A stretch of 63,218 nt of DNA, filler included. It is 5 parts of 5 records of this genome, joined end to end, with 100 filler letters (N's around TTAATTAATTAA, not from the genome) between each part and the next. Parts side by side here need not be neighbours in the genome. Positions count along the whole stretch, not along the records: positions 1 to 12,917 come from SRR31156797_9741; positions 13,018 to 36,895 come from SRR31156797_9747; 3 more parts are not named here. One strand, written 5' to 3'. Both the position numbers and the translations under genes were made by a program. Numbering within the stretch: position 1 is the stretch's first letter; every line of letters begins with the position of its first letter. Below are positions 9,901 through 19,108 of the stretch, one piece after another. Below the pieces are notes generated by a model, which was not told the DNA's origin, searched no databases, and worked only from the letters and a program-made list of their open reading frames with translations.

Positions 9901-12357
9901 TATTACTTGGCCATTGAAACCGGCAATATTTCCATGGCCGTTGAAAGCGCCCACGCTGCCTGTCTAATCGGCTTATTCGGAAACATGAGCTTAATGGAAT
10001 TGGAGCAACTGAGCATTAAATTCGATGAAATGCTCTCGGTCTCCTTTCCGGGGATCAAGCCCCTGCAGTCCAACCTGAAATTGATTAACAAAATCCTCCA
10101 GGCCCTCTTGGCTGACAGCCCCGGGGAATTCATTGGCAGAACCCTGGAGGCCGAGGCCGGCCATATCAATAAAGAGCTGACCCTTAACCTCAGTCTGTTT
10201 TTAAATACCCTGTTCACCAACGAGGCTGCCGCCCTGGAAGATGCTGCACACCTCCTTCCCTACGGGTGCAGTTTTGTCATGATACCAACCCGGTTTTATC
10301 TCCTCCTTTCTTTGCTGAACAAAAAAGACAAGGATGATCAAGATAAAAAAAATATCCTCCAACTGAGAGAGGAATTCAAAAATAGAGCACAGGCCTCTGA
10401 AAACAACTATGCCCACAGGTATCATTTGGTCAGAGCAGAAGAGTGCCGGCTGGGAAAAAAATGGGATCAGGCCATGATCCATTATGACCAGGCGGTTTCC
10501 CTTGCCCGGAAAAACAGATTTACCCTGGATGAGGCCATGACCCTTGAACTGACCGCCCGCTTTTTTGATCATATGGGGGTCGGTCAGGTGGCCAGGATCC
10601 ATTTAGCAACAGCCCACAGGATTTACCAAAAATGGGGAAGCCGGGCCAAAACCAGCCACATGGAAAAGAGTCATCCTTTTTTATCCGGTGATGAGACAAG
10701 GCCGATCCCCTTGACAGGCCGGGGCAGTGTGACGGCCGGCCATCCTTCCGGTCAGGCCAGTATTATGGACATGGGCAGTATCAACCAGGCCGTGGTCACC
10801 CTGGTCAGCGCCGTGGACGGCATCACCCTGCTTCAGGAACTCATGGGCATACTGCTCCAGAATTCCGGTGCTCAGCAGGGGTATCTGCTACTCAACCGGG
10901 ACAACAATATTGTGGTTGAATGCCAGGCATCAATCCAGGAACCGCTCCAGACCCTCCCCCCTGGCACCCATATAGAAAAATATGAATTCATGTCTCACAG
11001 TATTGCCCGTTATGTGTGCCGAACCAATAAAAAATTTTTGAGCGGCAACCTGATGGAAGATGTGCAGTTCGGCCAGACTGCATATGTCAGGCAGACACAG
11101 CTGAAATCAGTGCTGTGCATGCCGGTGGCCTATCAGAATGAGACCGTGGCCTTTCTCTATCTTGAAAACCGGCATATCAAACATACTTTCAGCGAAAAAC
11201 ACTTTCCAGTCATTCAGCTTTTGGCCAACCAGATAGCAGCAGCCATTGAACGGACTCGTCTCCACCGGGAACTGGTTCAGGAAATTGAAAACCGGAAGGC
11301 CAAGGAAAACGAACTCCGCACCGCCCTTAAACGGTTGAACCAGTTAAAAAAATCCCTGAATGAAGAAAATGAATACCTTAAGGAAGAGATCCGGAACAAC
11401 CATGGATTCAAGGACATTGTGGGGAAAAGTCCGGCATTGAAAAAAACCCTCTTCCTAGTTGAGCAGGTAGTGGCCTTTGATACCACGACATTGATTCTCG
11501 GAGAGTCGGGCACCGGTAAAGAACTCATTGCTAGAAGCATTCACGAACTGGGCCCCAGGAAGGATCATCCCATTATAAAAGTCAATTGTGCGGCATTGCC
11601 GGCACCATTGATTGAAAGCGAATTGTTCGGATTTGAAAAAGGCGCTTTTACCGGTGCGGTGAAATCTAAAAAGGGCCGTTTTGCTCTTGCCGACGGCGGC
11701 ACCCTGTTTCTGGACGAAATCGGGGACATGCCCATGGAAGTCCAGGTAAAACTTTTGCGGGTACTTCAGGAGGGCACCTTTGAACCCCTTGGGTCGGATA
11801 AGCAGATCAAGGTAGACGTCCGGGTAGTTGCAGCTACCAACAGGGATCTGGAAAAGGCCATCGCAGAAGGGGAATTCAGGGAAGACCTCTATTACCGGCT
11901 CAGTATTTTCCCCATCCATGTGCCCCCACTAAGGGAACGTAAGGAGGACATCCCCCTGCTGGTGAACCATTTTATTGACAAGAAAAACAAGGCGATGAAC
12001 AAAAATATAACCAAGATCTCCAGCCAGACCATTAACGCATTGACCAGCTATGACTGGCCGGGCAACATCAGGGAACTTGAAAATACAATTGAGCGTGCCA
12101 TCATCCTTTCTCCGGGCTCAACCCTGATAATGGACAGCAGTTTCACCACCGGCACAGGCCCGTGCAAACCAATGGGGCATACAGATCTTGATACAATTAT
12201 CCGCCAGCATATCATTGATGTACTAAATTTGTGCAATTGGCGGGTAAAAGGCAAGGAAAATGCCGCTGAAAAACTAGGCCTGAATCCAAGCACCCTCCGT
12301 TCCAAAATGAAAAAACTGGAAATTCGGCCAAAAGATCACTGCTACAAAATAAAGTAA
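6934..12357 (+). CDS. Giant sigma54-dependent activator: degenerate Ser/Thr kinase + P-loop NTPase + helical/TPR-like region + GAF + AAA+ sigma54 activator + HTH
   Basis: Kinase-like motifs (HDLSPDTI, YKSPEQAG, TDFYSLG, RYQSA), Walker A GGSGVGKT and Walker B LFIDDLQW, GAF (KSVLCMP...LYLEN), GESGTGKE, GAFTGA, LFLDEIG, WPGNIRELEN and a C-terminal HTH (LGLNPSTLRSKMKKL). Confidence 0.93.
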   Translation: MEINSFKLIKTILTRHSFQFSIGYKLPQKKKFLVKTIQKKKAPLTIKENLLNEIKASDSHKIKDILCPAAILENAEVIGAAYKEAHLVPLSLELEKGSQPLLSALETGFRISKILSKLHSQGFIFHDLSPDTIWIDPEGELLKLMDGGRASDRPYSPDQNQTNRISYWMYKSPEQAGRLQARIDRRTDFYSLGAVLFCLISGAPPFNGKDALELIHNHMARQTPDLKTLCPSTPDMVIRIIAKLMEKAPDNRYQSADSIMVDLKRCLTALEKSDKIPCFRLDVLKTSHLFEYPKTLFGRDHHLNQLLLSFDRRSGKDCGLAMVSGGSGVGKTALVKAFEKKLDQDQGYFVSSKCGTTTSSIPYSGIIGALEKIARRILMETDESYMALAQALTESLGKNIGVITHFIPQFRPVLGEVFPVSDVQVLESRNRLHQCIQKIIRVICRHKAFLVLFIDDLQWVDQASLDLMRSILNSRIDGLFFIGAYRENEVPSTHILKQTLAQIKGFRPSVDTLALQNLDHKDIEDILKAALKLEEKDIVSLAGITHRKTNGTPLVVKEFIDLLVRENHIFLNNRMAWEFNPDKIEALGINKDLDLLACQKLRRLPKEVRHTVSIAAAIGNTFDLKELAVYEGTGLDTIQQHLRTACRKNVLVSLGKGRYRFDHDRLQENAYRMIPEGSRTRVHIRLGNFLAKDMPHDNNRIFQHITHLNTAHHLASNDLEKGELAKLNLDAGIQAKKVAAFTEAFRYFSIGIEVLGDLGWADHYDLSMDLSYQGAVAAYLSGSFEDSGKLSRSIIENGNTQTDKIRGYEVQVESAIFMNKTDQALSILLEALGMLGIYLSLNTTKSQARKEIVKLKPVAQQLLKAPCVQADPSADITHQTIMRLLLHGARATGWIDYPLYWSMVGKMLKITQARGFFEESVFGLVAAGGTFCHLLEEYELGISLAEYGYDYMRRYNIKTWDIDAQVYLHEEITCLKEHPDVAVKQLTALYYLAIETGNISMAVESAHAACLIGLFGNMSLMELEQLSIKFDEMLSVSFPGIKPLQSNLKLINKILQALLADSPGEFIGRTLEAEAGHINKELTLNLSLFLNTLFTNEAAALEDAAHLLPYGCSFVMIPTRFYLLLSLLNKKDKDDQDKKNILQLREEFKNRAQASENNYAHRYHLVRAEECRLGKKWDQAMIHYDQAVSLARKNRFTLDEAMTLELTARFFDHMGVGQVARIHLATAHRIYQKWGSRAKTSHMEKSHPFLSGDETRPIPLTGRGSVTAGHPSGQASIMDMGSINQAVVTLVSAVDGITLLQELMGILLQNSGAQQGYLLLNRDNNIVVECQASIQEPLQTLPPGTHIEKYEFMSHSIARYVCRTNKKFLSGNLMEDVQFGQTAYVRQTQLKSVLCMPVAYQNETVAFLYLENRHIKHTFSEKHFPVIQLLANQIAAAIERTRLHRELVQEIENRKAKENELRTALKRLNQLKKSLNEENEYLKEEIRNNHGFKDIVGKSPALKKTLFLVEQVVAFDTTTLILGESGTGKELIARSIHELGPRKDHPIIKVNCAALPAPLIESELFGFEKGAFTGAVKSKKGRFALADGGTLFLDEIGDMPMEVQVKLLRVLQEGTFEPLGSDKQIKVDVRVVAATNRDLEKAIAEGEFREDLYYRLSIFPIHVPPLRERKEDIPLLVNHFIDKKNKAMNKNITKISSQTINALTSYDWPGNIRELENTIERAIILSPGSTLIMDSSFTTGTGPCKPMGHTDLDTIIRQHIIDVLNLCNWRVKGKENAAEKLGLNPSTLRSKMKKLEIRPKDHCYKIK

Positions 12358-12917
12358 TACAGGCATAGGTGAGCTTTGAATTCAAAAAATGGCCATCTAA
12401 ACGGCTCAGATATTCTGGAGTTCAAAGTTCATAAATGGGATTGAGTTTGGCGTAGAAACCGATCCTAAAATTTTTTTGGATAAAAGTGAGGAATAATCCA
12501 CTGTCAAGTCAATTTCCACTCAGGAGATATGAGTAATAGGAAAGCGTTCAATCATGGTATCTATGCTCTGTCTTTGAATTTCATTCGAGGAGTTGACTTC
12601 TTTTGCGAATAGTTGCACGAATCCTCCCATAATTTTTGATAGTTCAAACGAAGAGAACTATCCTTAGATAGAGAGTCTTCACAAACCCCGCTCCCCAAAA
12701 ATTAAAAAAGGCCAAAGACCCAGCCGCAAAAAACAGACCTGTCAGGTTGACAAATCTTTGTACCGTACTGGTACAGAAAGCAGGGAGAACGTTCAAAACC
12801 GCCTCGGTGCCCAGGCGGCGGTGTGGGGGGGGATGCCGAACCGGCGTGAGCTCTGAATGATCGCAGGACCGCAGATCATCAGAGTGCCCGCTGTATTTCC
12901 GGTCAGGACGACCGGAA

Positions 12918-13017
12918 NNNNNNNNNNNNNNNNNNNNNNNNNNNNNNNNNNNNNNNNNNNNTTAATTAATTAANNNNNNNNNNNNNNNNNNNNNNNNNNN
13001 NNNNNNNNNNNNNNNNN
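12918..13017. other. Artificial contig spacer
   Basis: 44 N + TTAATTAATTAA (stops in all six frames) + 44 N. Gene content and composition change abruptly across it. Confidence 0.98.
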
Positions 13018-13311
<294 letters not shown>

Positions 13312-13418
13312 CTAAATGTACCAACGCCTTGCCATCACAGCAAGGCATTGAAGCATAAACATGGACTCAAACACGCAATTTCTAACATATTCCTAACTTA
13401 GGTAGGAAAAATCGTATG

Positions 13419-16400
13419 TTATTGCCCGGTTAAGTTCGACTCACCTCGGAAAATAATACGATCATTGCCGCGATGAATACCAAATGTCACCACCGCAGAA
13501 GGATCTTCATCTTCATTGATACTGCCATCTTGGTTTTTCCACCAATTGTAACGTAGCCAAGGTTGTGCTTTTGACACCGAAGCGCTCGAACACCCTTGTT
13601 GAGAAACGGTGTTATCGTTGTCCAACCGCAGCCAAAAGCGTACTTGTTGACGAATATAGCCAACATCGGTTGTTGCTGGTTCAGCCGTAACCAATGAGCT
13701 AGCACCTTCAGAAACGGTCTCTTCACCAGATGCTCCAGCTAAACTCGCTTCCTGAACGATTGCAGCCCCATCAACCAACTCACGCCAAAGCACTTGCTGA
13801 CAGGTTTTATTGCCATCGGTAGAGAAGACAGAGTTAGAGTCGTCGGTATTCACAACGAACTGCGTGCCATTCCAATATTCAATTTGCAGCGGTACTCGAA
13901 TACTAGAAATTGTCGAAGTACCGCCAACATCAAACAATTTCATTCTTCCGTAACGAGAAGGCGGTTGGGTAGGGAAAAGTAAGCTACAACTCGACAATTC
14001 GCCATTGCCGTTAAACTCACTACTTTCATTTAGGCAGCTGGTTAGAACTTGCCCACGAGTTTCCACCGGATCCCCTCCCCCTTGAACAACAAAGCCAAAA
14101 CGGGTACTTGTTGAGAGTTCATCACCAATCAAATCTTCAGTGGGGATGTTAAATGGCCCATCCACTTCGGAAACATTTTTATTAGAACTGTTCAAGGTTA
14201 CATCACGATAAAAAACTGCACTTAAATCCGCCAAATGCCAGTTCGACTCCGAGCTGGAGGTGTCATACTGCCAGTTGTTATCGTTGCTAACTGAAAGTGC
14301 TAACCGGTCGCTGCCAATATCTTCATCTTGCAAGATATTCAGTGTGGCTCTTAACCCACCAGCAAACTTGTCGTAATTTTTAACTGAATTTTCCTTCGAG
14401 GTGCGAGGAAGAACCGTAAACTCAGCCAAATCATAAGGTTGAGAAAGATAAGAGATATTATTTTGCTCACTGACACTCCAATCCGACTGGGTTATTTCAA
14501 AATAGGCCGGATAAAAACGCCCTACCTCTCGATAGCCACGTTGGGTACATTCATACCAAGCTTGCAGACCAGAAACAGAGGAACAAGTAGCATTGTAACT
14601 TTCGGTCGCAGCCATCACTTTCAAGCTACCAACCTCATCCCAATACAAGTTCGTAAATAGGTACTCTGAATCGTTGTTTTCTCGCTCTTTTGATAATCCA
14701 TCATTAGAGGCCAACAATGCGGTTGAATTTGCGTTTGTCGGCGAAGCGACTTCACTAGATAGCTCGACACTATTTGCAAATAAGTGCTCTAAAAAGAAAT
14801 TGGTGGTGATGTTGGATGGGCTACACCAGCCACTGTTAGTCGCCACTTCACCCGTCACATCACTTTGGTATTTCAGTGGAATCACCTGAGCTGAGAATGT
14901 TTCACCAGCAGGAATAAATCCGTTGCCACCATTAACATTACCCGTTGCACTATCTAAGTTCGTATCACTGGTTGAGCATATCGCAAATGTCCATGGGCGG
15001 GAGTAAACCATGAATTGACCGGTTAGTTTACCGTTGCCATCAATTGGGCAATCATCCAAATCGCTACAATCGAAACTCTCGTCGGTAAGAGTCACAACCA
15101 TCTCTCCGGAATCTTCCAGCGTTAAAGCACGGCTATCTTCCGTTGAAACCCCGTCTTGCAAAACAGGAGAGAAACTCAATGCACCACTGCCGTTACTGGG
15201 TTGTTGCCACGACGAACTGACTGTCGGTTGCCCGTTATACCCGACATCCACTTGCTCTCCGCTACTGCACGCCAAAGCGGATACGGTTGTCGGTTGCTGT
15301 TTATTCGCAATAACATACTGGTCATCGACGGCAAATTTAAACGGAACAAATTCATAATTACCGGAGACGGAAGATACATCGGAATAACCATCTAAACTCG
15401 CATTAACCGCAACTGTCTGACTCTCACCATTGGTGGATAAGTCGATCGTTGCGGTGCCATTAGTGATAGAAACACTGGTCTCAACACCATTAACATTAAC
15501 CGTTGCGGTTCCATTAAAATCTGTCGCAACCGCTCCATTAGACATGACAGAAAGTGTAGGGGTTATTGTTTCACAAACCAAAGCGATGTCACTAATCGGG
15601 GTTAACTCTAATTGATAAGACGAGGTTTGATCCCTACTGCAATCGGTTACATTTGTTCCAATAACCAATGAATCATTACCACTAACAAAAACTTTACTTG
15701 CGGTTAAGCTGCCTTGAAACGTAAAACGGTCACCCTGAACAAACACACCATTCGCATAACCTACTGGATCTAGAAACAAGGCTGCATTTATGGTTACAGA
15801 GTTACTAGTGACCCTAAAATCCTGAGAGCCTAGATGTCCTAATAACCACAGATCATCAGGGTCTCCTGACTCATTAATTTTAATTCTATCTCCCTGAAAC
15901 AAAATAGTATTAAAGTGTAGTACAACCTCACCTAAGACACTAAGCTTGGCGTTATCGGCTGAAAATACAAGATTATTTACCCAATATTCTCCTTCAGATA
16001 AAATTATCTCACTGTTATTACGCCCTATTTCTATTTTCTTATAGTTCCCAGGCGGTAGTTGTTTCTTACAGCCATCCATACAGACTTCTTCAGGGCCATC
16101 TACTGAAAACGAAGACAACGATGCGGGAAACTGCTCATAGTTTAAGTTAGCATCGTATAAACAACTCTCAACCCCTCCGTTTCCATATATACACCCTGAG
16201 TTGTGGCCAGAAGCTAATATCTGAGAAAATGCCAACTCTCGCTTTGTTGATAAAGAAATAGTATTTCGATCACCATTTAATGAAAACGAACCATTTACCC
16301 GCCCATCAGCAGCAATATCATTTGATTGAAATGAATCAGGAAAATAAGCACAAAGGTCTAGCTCCACAACTTCTGGTTCTTCAGTAATATCCGCATCACA

Positions 16401-16832
16401 ATTAAGATTATAAATTGAATCATCACCAACAACGGGATAGCCTAGCCCAAACAATATAGAAACAATTGCGGAATCCAATCCAGATATAGATTCTTTCCTC
16501 TCCCATGGTCCACCACTAGTTACATTTTTTAAGTAATAATTCAAAGATCCAAACGAATAGCTTATGCGAACTCGATATAGACTTCCGAGTTCTAAATAAT
16601 CTTCATTAAAAATGTAGTAAAAACTACTGCTTCTATTTCCTGTGTACCATAGGTAATAATCCGGAAGTACCCAGCGATCAATTCTTAAAGATTGCTGTGT
16701 ATTTCCTTGACCAACAACATCAAACTGAATCACTGAACTAAAACTGCTAGGACGACAACTTTGTTGAGCAAATGCCGATGAAGCAAATAATGCTAATAAC
16801 AACAAAAATGTGTTAGCTATCTTTCTCATCAT
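13419..16832 (-). CDS. mshQ: MSHA biogenesis protein MshQ (large pilus-associated adhesin-like protein)
   Basis: Last msh gene before mreB. Has a signal peptide and the conserved C-terminus (GRFYP, RYGR, PWLRYNW, TFGIHRGNDRIIFRGE). Start overlaps the mshP stop (TGATG). Confidence 0.88.
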   Translation of the reverse strand: MMRKIANTFLLLLALFASSAFAQQSCRPSSFSSVIQFDVVGQGNTQQSLRIDRWVLPDYYLWYTGNRSSSFYYIFNEDYLELGSLYRVRISYSFGSLNYYLKNVTSGGPWERKESISGLDSAIVSILFGLGYPVVGDDSIYNLNCDADITEEPEVVELDLCAYFPDSFQSNDIAADGRVNGSFSLNGDRNTISLSTKRELAFSQILASGHNSGCIYGNGGVESCLYDANLNYEQFPASLSSFSVDGPEEVCMDGCKKQLPPGNYKKIEIGRNNSEIILSEGEYWVNNLVFSADNAKLSVLGEVVLHFNTILFQGDRIKINESGDPDDLWLLGHLGSQDFRVTSNSVTINAALFLDPVGYANGVFVQGDRFTFQGSLTASKVFVSGNDSLVIGTNVTDCSRDQTSSYQLELTPISDIALVCETITPTLSVMSNGAVATDFNGTATVNVNGVETSVSITNGTATIDLSTNGESQTVAVNASLDGYSDVSSVSGNYEFVPFKFAVDDQYVIANKQQPTTVSALACSSGEQVDVGYNGQPTVSSSWQQPSNGSGALSFSPVLQDGVSTEDSRALTLEDSGEMVVTLTDESFDCSDLDDCPIDGNGKLTGQFMVYSRPWTFAICSTSDTNLDSATGNVNGGNGFIPAGETFSAQVIPLKYQSDVTGEVATNSGWCSPSNITTNFFLEHLFANSVELSSEVASPTNANSTALLASNDGLSKERENNDSEYLFTNLYWDEVGSLKVMAATESYNATCSSVSGLQAWYECTQRGYREVGRFYPAYFEITQSDWSVSEQNNISYLSQPYDLAEFTVLPRTSKENSVKNYDKFAGGLRATLNILQDEDIGSDRLALSVSNDNNWQYDTSSSESNWHLADLSAVFYRDVTLNSSNKNVSEVDGPFNIPTEDLIGDELSTSTRFGFVVQGGGDPVETRGQVLTSCLNESSEFNGNGELSSCSLLFPTQPPSRYGRMKLFDVGGTSTISSIRVPLQIEYWNGTQFVVNTDDSNSVFSTDGNKTCQQVLWRELVDGAAIVQEASLAGASGEETVSEGASSLVTAEPATTDVGYIRQQVRFWLRLDNDNTVSQQGCSSASVSKAQPWLRYNWWKNQDGSINEDEDPSAVVTFGIHRGNDRIIFRGESNLTGQ

Positions 16833-17263
16833 CACTCCTTCACCCATACTTCTTGCCTGCGCGCCACCTGAAACTGACCACTACCACAAACGGCCGAACT
16901 TTGAACTTTATAATAACTTTCAGACTTCAGTGTCCCAATTCGATTACACGAAGTTGCGATTGAACAGCCTGGGAACTGGGTTTGTAACTGGTCGATCGCA
17001 CTGTTGACCGTTCCCCAGCTAGTGGTGCATACAGCGTCCACCTCGCTGCTATCCGAGTTAAGTGGATACAAATAAGTTAAAGCCAGTTCATTGGCAGAAT
17101 GAGTCGCAAACCAAGCTCTAGTGCCCAACAGCTCTTTCGCCAATGCGTCATTGTTAGACCACTCCATTCGAGACAGAGCCGTCGCTAAGAATCCCATCAC
17201 CACAATCACAAACACTGCGACGATATAAAGATTTCCGGTTTGCTTGCGAATCTTAGGGAACAT
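16832..17263 (-). CDS. mshP: MSHA minor pilin MshP
   Basis: KQTG-NLYIVAVFVIVVMG pilin-like N-terminus, ends ARRQEVWVKE, and synteny. Confidence 0.88.
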   Translation of the reverse strand: MFPKIRKQTGNLYIVAVFVIVVMGFLATALSRMEWSNNDALAKELLGTRAWFATHSANELALTYLYPLNSDSSEVDAVCTTSWGTVNSAIDQLQTQFPGCSIATSCNRIGTLKSESYYKVQSSAVCGSGQFQVARRQEVWVKE

Positions 17264-17975
17264 TGAGCACCTGTATATCGGTTTCAAAATGGCTTGATTC
17301 ACCATTTTGAGCAAAGGTCAGAGCCACATGCACCACCCCGCCACGCTGCAATGTCGGAGGAGAGTAACTGAACTCTCCAGAAGCAACACTATCGGCGACC
17401 TGAATACTATTACGAGTTATGCTATCTGCTGAAAAGTTCAAACAGTAGCTCACTAGCTGATTATAGATATATTGTCGATTAGAGACCGATTGACTGGTTA
17501 ACGGTGATGACAAATCTCGATTGTTAATATCATCTCCGGTATCGGGATCAGTAGTGACGTAAACATTGCCCTCTAAACTAATACCATTGTTAAAATCAGC
17601 TTGAGTTGTCGGGTTAATAATCATCTTTAAGTTATTGTAACTTGTCGGTGGATTATCATTACCAATCAGAAACTGCAAAGTACTATCGTCATAACCCGAG
17701 AGCACATAAAAGCCAGAATAAACAATCGGGTAAAATGAAACACACTGTTCAGAAGCTGAGCTGGTGACAGCAAAACTGTTAGGCACAGCATGACGAATTT
17801 CACGCGCCATTTTTTCCATAACAAATTTAGCTTGAGTCTGAATCTTCTGCCGAGCGACAGTATCTGCGTACCCTTTTGAGCCGAGTTCAATAAACCCGGC
17901 AATACCAAGCACCAGAATAGAGCCAACCACCATGGTCAGCACCATTTCAACCAGAGTAAATCCGCGTACTTTCAT
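17253..17975 (-). CDS. mshO: MSHA minor pilin MshO
   Basis: GFTLVEM prepilin motif, REIRHAVPNS, C-terminal VLNVP, and synteny. Confidence 0.9.
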   Translation of the reverse strand: MKVRGFTLVEMVLTMVVGSILVLGIAGFIELGSKGYADTVARQKIQTQAKFVMEKMAREIRHAVPNSFAVTSSASEQCVSFYPIVYSGFYVLSGYDDSTLQFLIGNDNPPTSYNNLKMIINPTTQADFNNGISLEGNVYVTTDPDTGDDINNRDLSSPLTSQSVSNRQYIYNQLVSYCLNFSADSITRNSIQVADSVASGEFSYSPPTLQRGGVVHVALTFAQNGESSHFETDIQVLNVP

Positions 17976-18559
17976 CAGTAGTTCCCTCTGAATCCAGTGA
18001 AATCGAACTCACCGTAGCGCCCTACATCAATCGAAACATCAATTCTCTTCATTGAAGTTACAGAAGGAGAAACAGAAAAATCACTCGCCACATAATCAGC
18101 AGAGATGGTAACAGTGAAGTGTGCGTATTGTTTTGATAGATCAACGGCTGAGTCATCGGTAAGAATGGTGGTTAGTGGGTAACCTGTGCCACCACAATCT
18201 GCGATCGTATCTGTGTACCAGCAACCGACATAATCATCCACATCATTAAACTGCGCAGGACTTGCCTCACCATCTCGACCAAGCGTGGTAGAACATGGGT
18301 TCGCTGAACCATTTCCATCAGGCTCACCACAACGAAATTCCCCGCCATCAAAATTGCTGTTGTGGTCAAAGCCTCTGGAAAGAATCTGACTCATTAAACT
18401 CTGCCCCAAATTAGCGGCTCGAACCTGATAATGAGGCGCCGCAGAGCGCTCGATTTGTGGATAAAGAAAACTGATCAGAGTCACCATGGCAAAGCCCATG
18501 ATCACCATTGCAATAATACTTTCAACCAGCGTAAAGCCCTGAGCTTTGCTTTTAACCAT
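17975..18559 (-). CDS. mshD: MSHA minor pilin MshD
   Basis: GFTLVE, FNDVDDY motif and terminal RGNY. Start at ATG 18559 overlaps the mshC stop. Confidence 0.9.
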   Translation of the reverse strand: MVKSKAQGFTLVESIIAMVIMGFAMVTLISFLYPQIERSAAPHYQVRAANLGQSLMSQILSRGFDHNSNFDGGEFRCGEPDGNGSANPCSTTLGRDGEASPAQFNDVDDYVGCWYTDTIADCGGTGYPLTTILTDDSAVDLSKQYAHFTVTISADYVASDFSVSPSVTSMKRIDVSIDVGRYGEFDFTGFRGNY

Positions 18560-19038
18560 TAGCACGCCCCCTGAGAGACATAGCCTTGAGAGTTTACACA
18601 AACTGAACTTTGGCTTCCCGGAGCTTCAATGTTAATAGTGACCCCGCTTGCGGCACTACCTAAGGGGTTACCAAGTAGGCTAAACTCAATCACCGACACT
18701 GAAGGTGAGGTCGAAAAGCTGAGCTCATTCCCCTGCAGAATATCACTACGATCGTTGCCCCCTAAGTTGCAGGCCTGATACGAACCCAAACAAGAGCCAC
18801 TGACGTACAAGGTATAATCGCTGTCGGTCGTGGTTGAGCTTAAGTTAGATTGCATTCGATCCAGCTGGATTTGACGAATAATAGAAATGGCTTGTTCACG
18901 GGCAGCATAAGCGGAAACGGAAGAGACACCGGAAAACCGGCTGGCGGCATAGATAGAGAGGATAGAGACCAAAAGGATCACGACAATCAGTTCAACTAAT
19001 GTAAAACCCTTTTGGTGCCTCTGCATTGATTTACTCAC
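18559..19038 (-). CDS. mshC: MSHA minor pilin MshC
   Basis: GFTLVELIVVI prepilin motif, C-terminal VCVNSQGYV, and synteny. Confidence 0.9.
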   Translation of the reverse strand: MSKSMQRHQKGFTLVELIVVILLVSILSIYAASRFSGVSSVSAYAAREQAISIIRQIQLDRMQSNLSSTTTDSDYTLYVSGSCLGSYQACNLGGNDRSDILQGNELSFSTSPSVSVIEFSLLGNPLGSAASGVTINIEAPGSQSSVCVNSQGYVSQGAC

Positions 19039-19052
19039 AATACCTAGAATAC

Positions 19053-19083
19053 TCTCGTTTCCACTTCACCAGTGGAAACGAGA
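19053..19083 (-). terminator. 13-bp hairpin between mshA and mshC (attenuator or mRNA-stabilising stem)
   Basis: TCTCGTTTCCACT-TCACC-AGTGGAAACGAGA perfect inverted repeat. No strong U-tract follows on the minus strand. Confidence 0.6.
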
Positions 19084-19108
19084 AAAGATACTAGATAATT
19101 GCTAATTA

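Noticed and set aside
12820-12917. Possible tRNA-Pyl (G-rich start, CTCTGAA resembling an anticodon loop)
   Set aside because: There is no CTA anticodon in a CTCTAAA loop and no cloverleaf or acceptor stem. No pyl genes are visible in the window.
12962-12973. TTAATTAATTAA repeated four times in the window
   Set aside because: Synthetic six-frame-stop linker centred in N runs, not biological.
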